Shown here piece by piece: positions 18,075 to 26,618 of a DNA stretch of 64,000 bases. The stretch covers positions 73,601 through 137,600 of the forward strand of contig JAXLSU010000006.1 in the NCBI GenBank assembly GCA_046330455.1. Reading direction: 5' to 3'. A model generated the notes under the pieces. It was not told where the DNA came from. It did not search any database and worked only from the letters and a program-made list of their open reading frames with translations. How positions within the stretch are numbered: the first letter of the stretch is position 1; each line of letters starts with the position of its first letter. The DNA is from Gaiellales bacterium (GTDB lineage: Bacteria; Actinomycetota; Thermoleophilia; Gaiellales; Gaiellaceae). The position numbers and the translations under genes are program-made.

Positions 18075-18924
18075 GCGAGCCCCCCGATCGACACGGCGAC
18101 GGCGCCGGCTCCTGCGGGCGACGCCCAAGCACCTGCTGCTGCTCGTGTTCGTGCTCGTGACGCTGATCCCGCTCTGGTTCCTGCTCGTCAACAGCTTCAA
18201 GTCCCAGGCCGAGTACCTCACGAACCCGTACGGGATCCCCCGCGATCCGACACTCGGGACGCTCGGCGACGCGTTCCGCGGCGGTGACCTCCTCCGCTGG
18301 TTCGGCAACTCCGCGATCTTCACGGTCGCGTCCGTCACGATCTCGACCGTGATCGCGGCGCTCGCCGCCTACCCGATCTCGCTGATGCGCTGGCGGCCCG
18401 GGGGGCTGCTGCTCGGCGCCCTCGTCGCGCTGATGGTCGTGCCGCCGATCGTCCTCGTCGTGCCGCTCTTCAAGATGATGGTGGACCTCGGCCAGCTGAA
18501 CAGCTACCACAGCGTGATCGTCGTCTACACGGGGATCCTGCTCCCGTTCTCGACGTTCCTGCTCGCGAGCTTCTTCCGCACGACGCCGCGTGACCTGCTC
18601 GAGGCGGCGCGGCTGGACGGTGCGGGGCACCTTCGCACCTGGTGGTCGCTCGTGCTGCCGCTCGCCGTGCCCGCGCTCGTCACCGTCGCCACCGTGCAGG
18701 CGCTCTGGGTCTGGAACGAGGTGCTGATCGCCGTCGTGTTCCTCCAGACCGAGGAGCTACGAACGCTCATGGTCGGGATCAAGCTGTTCCAGAGCCGCTA
18801 CGACCTGAACGTGCCACTCGTGATGGCCGGGATGCTCTGGGCGACGATCCCGATGCTGCTGCTGTACCTCGCCGGCCAGCGGTTCTTCATCCGCGGCATG
18901 ACCGCCGGCGCCGTGAAAGGCTGA
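18067..18924 (+). CDS. carbohydrate ABC transporter permease (MalG/UgpE-like)
   Basis: ATG overlaps the upstream stop by 8 nt. …LEAARLDGAGHLRTWWSLVLPLAVP…YLAGQRFFIRGMTAGAVKG is a close paralogue of 7098-7979. Confidence 0.85.
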   Translation: MPERAPRSTRRRRRLLRATPKHLLLLVFVLVTLIPLWFLLVNSFKSQAEYLTNPYGIPRDPTLGTLGDAFRGGDLLRWFGNSAIFTVASVTISTVIAALAAYPISLMRWRPGGLLLGALVALMVVPPIVLVVPLFKMMVDLGQLNSYHSVIVVYTGILLPFSTFLLASFFRTTPRDLLEAARLDGAGHLRTWWSLVLPLAVPALVTVATVQALWVWNEVLIAVVFLQTEELRTLMVGIKLFQSRYDLNVPLVMAGMLWATIPMLLLYLAGQRFFIRGMTAGAVKG

Positions 18925-19268
18925 ACCGGGCCGTCCAGGAGAAGCCCGAGATCGCGGCGCCGATCAGCTTGACGCCGAGGATCAGGAGCAGGACGGCCAT
19001 GATCACGGGGTTGTTGTGGGCCGGCCAACTCTTCAGGCGGTCGAGAAGCTCGGGCCGAGCGATCCCCGAGCGCGAAGTAGGTGACGACCGGAGCCGCGAC
19101 CCCGATCGAGGCGATGAGCGCGAAGGCGACGAGCGCCACGACCTGAGCTCCGGTCGAGCTGCCCGTCTGCGCGATCGCCGCCATCCCGGCGTTCTTTGGG
19201 TTGAGAGCCGGGAGCACGACCCCGGCCCCGTCTGCCTCGGGCGGCGTGAACGGGTCGAGCGCACCCAT
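18887..19268 (-). pseudogene. GAP-family (Sap-like) membrane protein remnant: only the C-terminal ~110 codons, with a frame change near 19065
   Basis: Frame A reads …LPALNPKNAGMAAIAQTGSSTGAQVVALVAFALIASIGVAAPVVTYFALG. Frame B continues IARPELLDRLKSWPAHNNPVIMAVLLLILGVKLIGAAISGFS. The N-terminal half of the family is absent. Confidence 0.55.
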
Positions 19269-19337
19269 CCATTTCGGGGTGACGGTTTCCGCGGTTCCGT
19301 CGGGCCGACCCCGCGATCGCGGGCCGCTGCGATCTGG

Positions 19338-19748
19338 TCATGGTTGGTACGGGTCGAGCAGGCCAACAGCCGCCGGCTCGAAGTCGGCCCGGTTGTGTGT
19401 CACGACGGTGAGCCCGTGTCGGAGCGCCGTCGCGGCGATCAGGCTGTCCTTGACCGGCATCGCGCGGCCTCGCGCCCGAAGCTGGGCGAGGAGCTCCGCC
19501 CAGCTCAGGCCGGTCTCGGCGTCCCAGGGCAGACACGTGAGCTTCGCGACGCCCCTGTCGAACCACTCCTCGAGAGCGGTGCGACGCTTGCTGCGGCGAA
19601 GCAGGAGGATCCCGAAACGCAGTTCGCCGAGGATGATCGGGTCGACGACGATGTCGCGCTCGTTCTGCCGAAGCCAGTCGACGACGCGAAACTCCGGCGA
19701 GGGCTTCGTTGGCTCGCTGAGGACGTTCGCGTCGACGAGGTACGTCAC
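19338..19748 (-). CDS. vapC: type II toxin VapC (PIN-domain ribonuclease)
   Basis: YLVDANVLSE…ILGELRFG…DSLIAATALRHGLTVVTHNRADF carries the PIN acidic residues. The GTG start overlaps the vapB stop (GTGA). Confidence 0.85.
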   Translation of the reverse strand: MTYLVDANVLSEPTKPSPEFRVVDWLRQNERDIVVDPIILGELRFGILLLRRSKRRTALEEWFDRGVAKLTCLPWDAETGLSWAELLAQLRARGRAMPVKDSLIAATALRHGLTVVTHNRADFEPAAVGLLDPYQP

Positions 19749-19975
19749 AGCGCGTCAGTCGACTCGGACTCCACCGGAACGAAGAAGCCCTTCGCCGGGC
19801 AAGAGAGCAACCAGTCGACCACACCGCGGTTCGGAGGTAGCGGCCGGCGCTCGAGCCGGTACACGCCGTCTTCGACTCGTTCGACGTCGAACTCCTGGCC
19901 CGGCTCGATGCGATCGCGCCGACGGATCTCGGCCGGCAAGACGATCTGGCCCTTGGATGAGACCCGGGTTCGCAT
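19745..19975 (-). CDS. vapB: type II antitoxin VapB (AbrB/MazE/SpoVT-type)
   Basis: MRTRVSSKGQIVLPAEIRRRDRIEPGQEFDVERVEDGVYRL is a looped-hinge-helix (swapped-hairpin) fold signature. 76 aa. Confidence 0.8.
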   Translation of the reverse strand: MRTRVSSKGQIVLPAEIRRRDRIEPGQEFDVERVEDGVYRLERRPLPPNRGVVDWLLSCPAKGFFVPVESESTDAL

Positions 19976-19979
19976 GGTG

Positions 19980-19996
19980 GTAGGATCGTATCCTAC
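19980..19996. promoter_or_regulatory. inverted repeat GTAGGAT-CGT-ATCCTAC, candidate VapB(C) operator
   Basis: A perfect 7-bp inverted repeat starts 5 nt upstream of the vapB ATG, inside the only AT-richer stretch of this neighbourhood (19980-20040). Confidence 0.4.
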
Positions 19997-20127
19997 AAGG
20001 TAAGGCTTTGTCTTACATATCAGGATAGAGCCAGGCTGATCGAGAAGCAAACCCTCACCCGGCCCTACGCCAGACGGCAGTGGCTGGTTCAAGGTCAGCG
20101 CTACAACCGCGAGATCTGAACGGCTCG

Positions 20128-21138
20128 CTAGCTCGCCGAGCGGGCGGGCGGCGCGGTCGAGGCCCGGACGACGAGCTCGGGCGGCGTCCCGACCATGAGG
20201 TCGTCGACGGTCGTCCCGCCGATCAGCGTGAGAAGGTGGTCGGCCGCCTGCCGCCCCATCTCGACGAGCGGCATCCGGACGGTCGTCAGGGCCGGGTCGA
20301 GGTACGCGGCAAAGGGCGCGTCGTGGAAGCCGACGATCGACACGTCGTCGGGAATCCGGAGCCCGAGGCGCCCCGCCGCGGCCATCGCTCCGAGCGCGGC
20401 ACGGACGTTTCCGACGAACAGCGCGGTCGGGCGCGGGGTGAGCCCGAGCAGACGGGTGGCCGCGACATGCCCGCCGGCCTCGTCGAACGAGGTCTCGACG
20501 ACCAGCGCGTCGCGGGGCTCGACGCCGGCCGCCTCGAGCGCGCGCTCGTAGCCCCGCAGGCGCCGGCGGCCCGTATCGGCGTTCTGGGGGCCTGCGACAT
20601 GGCCGATCTCCCGGTGCCCGATCGCGAGCAGATGCTCCGTTGCGAGCGCCGCGCCGGCCTCGTCGTCGACCGTGACGCTCGGGATCCCGCACGGCTCGCG
20701 CCGGTTGACGAGGATCGCCGGGATGCCCGACCCGAAGTCGCCGAGCCTCGGCGTCTCGGTCGTCGCCATCCCGACGAGCAGGCCGTCGATCCGGCCGTGC
20801 AGGTCGGGCAGGCGCTCGGTGGCGAAGCCGCTGGCGACGAGGATCGTGTACCCGGCCCGGGCGGCGCGGTCCTCGGCACCGCCGGCGATCGTCGCGTAGT
20901 TGACGTTGGCGAGGTCGGGGACGATCATGCCGATCGCCATCGTCCGCGCGGTCTTCAACGTTCGCGCGGCCGTGTTCGGCCGGTAGTCGAGGCGGGTCGC
21001 GGTCTCGAGGATCCGCTGGCGTGTCTCGTCCCGGATCGAGAGGCGATCGTCGCCCGAGAGGACGCGCGAGACGACGGAGGCGTCGACGCCCGCCGCGGCC
21101 GCGACGTCGAGGAGGCGAACGGTCTGCTTGCGCTTCAT
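20128..21138 (-). CDS. LacI family transcriptional regulator
   Basis: VRLLDVAAAAGVDASVVSRVLSG…TRQRILETATRLDYRPNTAARTLK is the HTH_LacI signature, followed by a periplasmic-binding-fold core. Confidence 0.9.
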   Translation of the reverse strand: MKRKQTVRLLDVAAAAGVDASVVSRVLSGDDRLSIRDETRQRILETATRLDYRPNTAARTLKTARTMAIGMIVPDLANVNYATIAGGAEDRAARAGYTILVASGFATERLPDLHGRIDGLLVGMATTETPRLGDFGSGIPAILVNRREPCGIPSVTVDDEAGAALATEHLLAIGHREIGHVAGPQNADTGRRRLRGYERALEAAGVEPRDALVVETSFDEAGGHVAATRLLGLTPRPTALFVGNVRAALGAMAAAGRLGLRIPDDVSIVGFHDAPFAAYLDPALTTVRMPLVEMGRQAADHLLTLIGGTTVDDLMVGTPPELVVRASTAPPARSAS

Positions 21139-21185
21139 GATCGAGGCGGCGTCACGCTTGACACGACGGGAGCTGCCATTCTAGG

Positions 21186-21195
21186 GTCTCGAGAC
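21186..21195. promoter_or_regulatory. 10-bp perfect palindrome GTCTCGAGAC in the lacI / lyase divergent intergenic region
   Basis: It has a central CG and lies between a TTGACA hexamer (21159-21164) and the GTG at 21223. Possible operator. Confidence 0.3.
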
Positions 21196-21222
21196 AATCG
21201 TATGCCTAACTCGCTCTGATCA

Positions 21223-22566
21223 GTGCCTACCACCCTCGACTGCGAGCTGCTCCGCGACCTCTACGGGACGGACGAGGTGCGCGCCGCGTTCGACTCCCAG
21301 GCGCTCGTGCAGGCCTGGCTCGACGTCGAGGTCGCCCTTGCAGAGGCGCAGGCCGAGGTCGGCATCGTACCGCCCGAGGCGGCACAGCGGATCCGCGAGG
21401 AGGCCTGCGCGACGAACTTCGACCTCGGGGTGCTCCGTAGCGGGATCGCGGCCTCGAAGCACCCGCTCGTCCCGCTGATCCGGGCGCTCGGCGAGCGGTG
21501 CGGCGAGGCCGGCGCCTGGGTGCACTGGGGGGCGACGACACAGGACGTCGTCGACACGGGATTCACGCTCCAGGCCCGGGCGGCGCTCGTCCCGATCGCG
21601 CGCGATCTCGACCGCGCGACCCGGGCCGCGGCGGTGCTCGCCGACCGGTACGCCGACACGCCGATGGCGGGGCGGACGCACTTCCAGCACGCGGTGCCGA
21701 TCACCTTCGGACTGAAGGCTGCGACCTGGGCCGACGAGCTCGATCGCGCCCGGCAGCGCCTCGGCCGTGCAGGGGAGGCAGCCCTGACCGCGCAGCTCTC
21801 GGGCGCGGCGGGCACGTTCGCCACGCTCGGCGGCGACGCCGAAGCCGTCCAGGAGGCGTTCTCCCGCCGGCTCGGGCTGGCGCGGGCCGACGTGCACTGG
21901 CACGCGACCCGCGACCGTGTCCGCGACCTCGGGCACGCGCTCGCCGAGCTCGGCTCGGTCGCCGAGCGGATCGCCGCGGAGATCGTGCGCCTGCAGTCGA
22001 CCGAGCTCGCCGAGGCGGCCGAGCCCTCCACCGAGGCGCACGTCGGCTCCTCGACGATGCCGCAGAAGCGCAACCCGATGACGTGCGAGTACGTGATCGC
22101 GAGCGCCCGGGCCCTCCGCGCCTCCGTGAGCGCCGTCGCGGACGCGCCCGCGCATGCCTTCGAGCGCGACATGGGCTTCTGGGCGATCGAGTGGCTCGCC
22201 TTCCCGCAGGCGATGATCCTGGCCGGGGGCGTCCTCGACAAGCTCGCCGGCGTGCTCGAGGAGCTCCATGTGGACGGAGCGCGAATGGAGGCGAACCTCG
22301 CGCTGACCGAGGGGCAGATCATGGCCGAGGCCGTGATGATGGCGCTCGGCCGCTCGCTCGGCCACGAGACCGCGCACCGGCTCGTGGGCCAGGCGTCCCG
22401 CCGCGCCGCGGCCGAGGCGACCCCGCTGCGCGACGCGTTGCTCGCCGTGCCCGAGGTCTGCGCCGGGCTCGACGGCGCCGAGCTGGACGCGCTGCTCGAC
22501 CCGGCGAGGTACCTGGGGCTTGCGCCCGCGTCGGCGCGCGCCGTCTCACAGAGGATCCTCGCATGA
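21223..22566 (+). CDS. fumarate-lyase superfamily enzyme (adenylosuccinate lyase / 3-carboxy-cis,cis-muconate cycloisomerase-like)
   Basis: It carries the signature GSSTMPQKRNP, plus WGATTQDVVDT and TH.QHA motifs. 447 aa. Confidence 0.85.
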   Translation: MPTTLDCELLRDLYGTDEVRAAFDSQALVQAWLDVEVALAEAQAEVGIVPPEAAQRIREEACATNFDLGVLRSGIAASKHPLVPLIRALGERCGEAGAWVHWGATTQDVVDTGFTLQARAALVPIARDLDRATRAAAVLADRYADTPMAGRTHFQHAVPITFGLKAATWADELDRARQRLGRAGEAALTAQLSGAAGTFATLGGDAEAVQEAFSRRLGLARADVHWHATRDRVRDLGHALAELGSVAERIAAEIVRLQSTELAEAAEPSTEAHVGSSTMPQKRNPMTCEYVIASARALRASVSAVADAPAHAFERDMGFWAIEWLAFPQAMILAGGVLDKLAGVLEELHVDGARMEANLALTEGQIMAEAVMMALGRSLGHETAHRLVGQASRRAAAEATPLRDALLAVPEVCAGLDGAELDALLDPARYLGLAPASARAVSQRILA

Positions 22567-23681
22567 GGATCACGGACGTCGAGCCGATCGTTCTGCGGCT
22601 GCCGAGCATCGACACGACGCGCGCCGACGGGACGCAGGACACCGTCCTCGTGCGCATCCACACCGACGAGGGGCTCACCGGGATCGGCGAAGCCGACAGC
22701 TCGCCCTACCTCGTCCGGACGATCGTCGAGATGCCGTCCTCGCACGCGGTCGCGCGAGGGCTGCGGGAGCTGCTCGTCGGCGAGGATCCGCTCCAGATCG
22801 ACCGCCTCTGGCAGCTCCTCTACCGAGGGTCGAGCTACTACGGTCGCTCCGGCCCGGCCCTGCACGCGATCAGCGCGATCGACGTCGCCCTCTGGGATCT
22901 CGCCGGAAAGGCGGCGGGCCGGCCTGTCCACGAGCTGCTCGGCGGGGCGAGCGTGCAGGCCGTGAAGGTGTACGCGAGTGAGGTGATGCCGGAGTCGCCG
23001 GCGGAGGTGCGGGCGATCGCGGAGCAGGCCGTCGCGGCCGGCTACGGCGCGTTCAAGCTCGGCTGGGGCCCCCTCGGCCGCGACCTCGCGTATGACGAGC
23101 TGCTGATCCGTGCTGCACGAGAGGTGCTCGGCCCGGATCGCGACCTGATGATCGACGGGGGGCAGGTGTACACCGTCGAGCGAGCTGCTGAGCTGCTCCA
23201 CCGGGTCGAGGACGTCGGCCTGTACTGGTTCGAGGAGCCGTTCGCGCCCGACGACTACGAGAGCTACCGGCGGCTCTCCGACCAGGTCGGCACCAGAATC
23301 GCGGCCGGTGAGGCAGACACGACGATCGGGCCGTTTCGCGCGCTGGTCGAGCAGGGCCGTGTCGATGTTCTTCAGCCCGATCTGGGACGCTGCGGCGGCT
23401 TCACGGTCGCCCGGCAGATCACGGAGCTCGCGCAGGCGAACGAGGTGGAGGTCGTCCCGCATTGCTTCAAGTCGGGCGTTCTCGTCACGACGTCGCTGCA
23501 GCTCGCGTGCACGCTCGACCGTCCCACCTACTCGGAGTACTCGGTCGCAGAGTCGCCGCTCGCCGGCGGGCTCCTGGCCGGGACGCTCGCGTTCAGCGCG
23601 GGTATGCTCGCCGTTCCCGGCGGGCCAGGGCTCGGGATCGAGCTCGACGAGGAGCTCGTCGACCGGCTGAGGGTGGACTGA
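22563..23681 (+). CDS. enolase-superfamily enzyme (MR/MLE family)
   Basis: ATGA overlap with the lyase gene. MRITDVEPIVLRLP…GLTGIGEA…DVALWDLAGK…FKLGWG…MIDGGQ…WFEEP…GEADT…QPD…. Confidence 0.85.
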   Translation: MRITDVEPIVLRLPSIDTTRADGTQDTVLVRIHTDEGLTGIGEADSSPYLVRTIVEMPSSHAVARGLRELLVGEDPLQIDRLWQLLYRGSSYYGRSGPALHAISAIDVALWDLAGKAAGRPVHELLGGASVQAVKVYASEVMPESPAEVRAIAEQAVAAGYGAFKLGWGPLGRDLAYDELLIRAAREVLGPDRDLMIDGGQVYTVERAAELLHRVEDVGLYWFEEPFAPDDYESYRRLSDQVGTRIAAGEADTTIGPFRALVEQGRVDVLQPDLGRCGGFTVARQITELAQANEVEVVPHCFKSGVLVTTSLQLACTLDRPTYSEYSVAESPLAGGLLAGTLAFSAGMLAVPGGPGLGIELDEELVDRLRVD

Positions 23682-23683
23682 CG

Positions 23684-24814
23684 ATGGGCGCGATCGAGTT
23701 CGACAGGGTCACGAAGCGCTTCCCCGACGGCACGGTCGCCGTCGACGACCTGAGCCTCGGGGTCGAGGACGGGGAGTTCATGATCCTCGTCGGCCCGTCC
23801 GGGTGCGGAAAGACGACGGCCCTGCGGATGATCGCCGGGCTCGAGGAGATCACGGAGGGCGAGATCCGGATCGGCGAGCGCGTCGTCAACGAGCTCGAGC
23901 CGAAGGAACGAGACGTTGCGATGGTGTTCCAGAGCTATGCCCTGTACCCGCACATGACGGTACGCGACAACATCGCGTTCCCGTTGAAGATGCAGAGGGT
24001 CGCGAAGGCCGAGATCGACACGCGGGTGGGAGAGGCGGCCAAGCTGCTCGGTCTCGGCGAGCTCCTGCACCGCAAGCCGCGCGAGCTGTCGGGCGGCCAG
24101 CGGCAGCGCGTCGCGATGGGACGCGCGATCGTGCGGCGCCCGCAGGCCTTCCTGATGGACGAGCCGCTCTCGAACCTCGACGCGAAGCTCCGGGTGCAGA
24201 TGCGGGCCGAGCTCGCGAACCTCCATCGCCGGCTCGGCGTGACGACCGTGTACGTCACGCACGATCAGACCGAGGCGATGACGCTCGGTCAGCGGGTGGC
24301 CGTGATGAGCAAGGGCGTCGTCCAGCAGGTCGATGCGCCGCAGCGGCTCTACCGCCGGCCCGCGAACGTCTTCGTCGCTGCCTTCATCGGCTCACCCCCG
24401 ATGAACTTCGTCGAGGGGAGGCTCGCTGACGGCCTGCTTCAGCTCGGCGAGCGGCAGTACGCGCTTCCCGACACCGTCCGGGCGCGGCTCGCCTCGTCTT
24501 CCGGGGAGGTCCTCGCCGGGATCCGGCCCGAGGACTTCCGGGACGTCCGCGACGGCGGCGCCGGGGAGGCGGTCGTGCCCGCCGACGTCGAGATCACCGA
24601 GCAGCTCGGCCCCGAGACCTTCGCGTACTTCCGGATTCCGGGGCTCGAGTCGGTCGAGATCGGCGAGCGCCCGATCGAGCTGGCGGGAGCGTTTGCGGCG
24701 AGGCTCGATCCCCGGCTCGGCGCCGCGTCCGGCCAGCGGCTCGAGCTCGCGATCGACCTCGAGGCCGTGCACCTCTTCGACGCCGCGAGCGGCGCCTCGA
24801 TCCTCGGTGCCTGA
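23684..24814 (+). CDS. ABC transporter ATP-binding protein, MalK/UgpC/MsiK type
   Basis: Walker A GPSGCGKTT, Q-loop, LSGGQRQRVA, Walker B FLMDEPLSNLDA, H-loop VTHDQ, and a TOBE-like C-terminal domain. Confidence 0.9.
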   Translation: MGAIEFDRVTKRFPDGTVAVDDLSLGVEDGEFMILVGPSGCGKTTALRMIAGLEEITEGEIRIGERVVNELEPKERDVAMVFQSYALYPHMTVRDNIAFPLKMQRVAKAEIDTRVGEAAKLLGLGELLHRKPRELSGGQRQRVAMGRAIVRRPQAFLMDEPLSNLDAKLRVQMRAELANLHRRLGVTTVYVTHDQTEAMTLGQRVAVMSKGVVQQVDAPQRLYRRPANVFVAAFIGSPPMNFVEGRLADGLLQLGERQYALPDTVRARLASSSGEVLAGIRPEDFRDVRDGGAGEAVVPADVEITEQLGPETFAYFRIPGLESVEIGERPIELAGAFAARLDPRLGAASGQRLELAIDLEAVHLFDAASGASILGA

Positions 24815-25805
24815 CGCGCCGCGGGTCAGCGCGGGCACCTTCGCGGGCTGGAGCTCGGCCTCGGTCGAGAACGGACGGCTGCGCGTCACCGTCCTTCCCG
24901 ACCGGGGCGCCGAGATCGTCGAGCTCGTCCACCTCGAGCGGGGTGTCGACGTCCTGTTCCACGCACCCTGGGGGCTGTCCCCGCCGGGATCGCCCCGGCG
25001 CGAGGGCAGCGACGGGCACGCCTTCCTCGAGGGCTACGCGGGCGGCTGGCAGGAGCTGTTCCCGAGCGTGGGCGACCCCTGCGAGTACCGGGACGCGTCG
25101 ATCCCGTTCCACGGCGAGGTCGCGACGCGACCCTGGACGGTCACGGCCGAGGTCGGCAGCGACGAGGCGGTGCTGCGCTGCTCCGTCGAGTGCGAGACCG
25201 TGCCGCTGCGGCTCGAGCGCCTGATGCGGCTCGGGACGGGTAGCTCGGAGCTCGTGCTCGACGAGACGGTGACGAACGTGGGGGAACAGCCCGTCCACGC
25301 CGTCTGGGGCCATCACTGCGTGCTCGGCCCGCCCCTCGTCGCCGCCGGGGCGCGCCTGCGGCTCCCCGCCCGGACGATCGTGACGATCCCCGAGCTCTGG
25401 GAGGAGACCGCGCGCCTCGAGCCGGGCCAGCGGTCGAGGTGGCCGGACGCCCGGCTTCGCGACGGCGGCTCCGTCGATCTCTCGTTCGTCCCCGGCCCGG
25501 ATGCCGGAAGCCACGACGACGTGTATCTCACCGACCTCGACGCCGGTTGGGTCGAGGTCGAGAACCCCGCGCTGGGCCTCACGTTCCGACTCCACTTCGA
25601 CCCGCTCCTGTTCCCGTGGGTGATCTCCTGGCAGCCCTACGGCGGGGCGCTGGCGATGCCGCTCGCCGGCTCCTACGGGCTCGGCGTGGAGCCGTGGACG
25701 TCGCGCCTGTGCCTCGCCGACGCCGTGGAGGCGGGCGAGGCGCTCGAGCTCGCCCCGGGCGAGACGGTTCGCACGACGCTGCGGGCGGTCGTGACCGCGT
25801 CCTGA
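24807..25805 (+). CDS. galactose-mutarotase-like (aldose 1-epimerase superfamily, DUF4432-like) protein
   Basis: GTG 24807 overlaps the ATPase stop by 8 nt. …GGWQELFPSVGDPCEYRDASIPFHGEVATRPW…VWGHHCVLG… resembles mutarotase-fold proteins. The family call is from memory of the motifs. Confidence 0.6.
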   Translation: MPDAPRVSAGTFAGWSSASVENGRLRVTVLPDRGAEIVELVHLERGVDVLFHAPWGLSPPGSPRREGSDGHAFLEGYAGGWQELFPSVGDPCEYRDASIPFHGEVATRPWTVTAEVGSDEAVLRCSVECETVPLRLERLMRLGTGSSELVLDETVTNVGEQPVHAVWGHHCVLGPPLVAAGARLRLPARTIVTIPELWEETARLEPGQRSRWPDARLRDGGSVDLSFVPGPDAGSHDDVYLTDLDAGWVEVENPALGLTFRLHFDPLLFPWVISWQPYGGALAMPLAGSYGLGVEPWTSRLCLADAVEAGEALELAPGETVRTTLRAVVTAS

Positions 25806-25841
25806 GTCGCGAGACGTGCTCGCCGGCTTCGTGAGTCCCCG

Positions 25842-25909
25842 CACGGCCTTGGAGGGCCGTAGGGGCGGGATCTCATCCCGCCCGCACGATGCGGAAGGCC
25901 GAGGCCGTG
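25842..25909. repeat. REP/MITE-like element: central hairpin GGGCGGGAT-CTC-ATCCCGCCC (25863-25883) nested in 11-bp imperfect terminal inverted repeats
   Basis: CACGGCCTTGG (25842-52) pairs with CCGAGGCCGTG (25899-909), 1 mismatch. The central hairpin is the reverse complement of copies at 58184, 51948 and 37142. Confidence 0.5.
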
Positions 25910-25958
25910 GAGGCTGAGCAAGGTTGCTCAGGCGCGCCCGCTAAGCTACCGGCGTCCG

Positions 25959-26225
25959 ATGTGGTGGTTCATCCTCGTCTTCATCGTGCTGCTCAAGATC
26001 CCGATGCTCTATCTCGGCTACGTCGTGTGGTGGGCGCTCAAGAGCCCGCCGGAGGTCGGTGAAGGGGAAACCGGGACCGAGGACGTGCTCGGCCCCGAGG
26101 GGCCGTACTCGAGCGGCTGGTGGAAACGCAACCTGCCCGGCCGGACGCCGCGCCGCGGCCCGCACGGCTCGCCCGCGCGCCGCCCGCGAACCGCGTTCGC
26201 CAGGGCCCGATCGAAGCAGGTGTAA
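25959..26225 (+). CDS. small membrane protein (88 aa), hypothetical
   Basis: One strong TM segment (MWWFILVFIVLLKIPMLYLGYVVWWAL) and a basic tail. Its stop overlaps the next ATG (TAATG). Confidence 0.5.
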   Translation: MWWFILVFIVLLKIPMLYLGYVVWWALKSPPEVGEGETGTEDVLGPEGPYSSGWWKRNLPGRTPRRGPHGSPARRPRTAFARARSKQV

Positions 26226-26497
26226 TGGGCGGGATCAGGTACGAAGAGGTCGTCGACCGCACGCCGGTCTCCCGGATCATCGGCGGCTACCTGTCGGCGG
26301 TGGCCGTCTTCGGCGGCCTCGTGGCGCTGTTCTACTATCCGGGCCGCGTCGGAACCTCGGCGATCGTGATCGGGCTGATCGCGGCCGGGATCGGGAGCAC
26401 GAGTCGCCGTTTCACCGCGATCGGAGTGCTCGTCGCGGGCCTCGGCTGGTTCTTCGGGATGGTCATCGCCGTCGCGCTCGAGCGGCCGATCTTCTAG
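26225..26497 (+). CDS. small membrane protein (90 aa), hypothetical
   Basis: ATG 26225 is coupled to the upstream stop. There are three hydrophobic helices. Confidence 0.55.
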   Translation: MGGIRYEEVVDRTPVSRIIGGYLSAVAVFGGLVALFYYPGRVGTSAIVIGLIAAGIGSTSRRFTAIGVLVAGLGWFFGMVIAVALERPIF

Positions 26498-26618
26498 CCG
26501 AACCCGGCCCGATCGTGCCGAAAGCGTGACGAACCGCTGACGGACGCGCTACCCTGTTTGCCGGTACCGCCCGGACGGGCTACGATCGCCGGCCCGGGCG
26601 ACGGAGAGGGAGGTTTGC

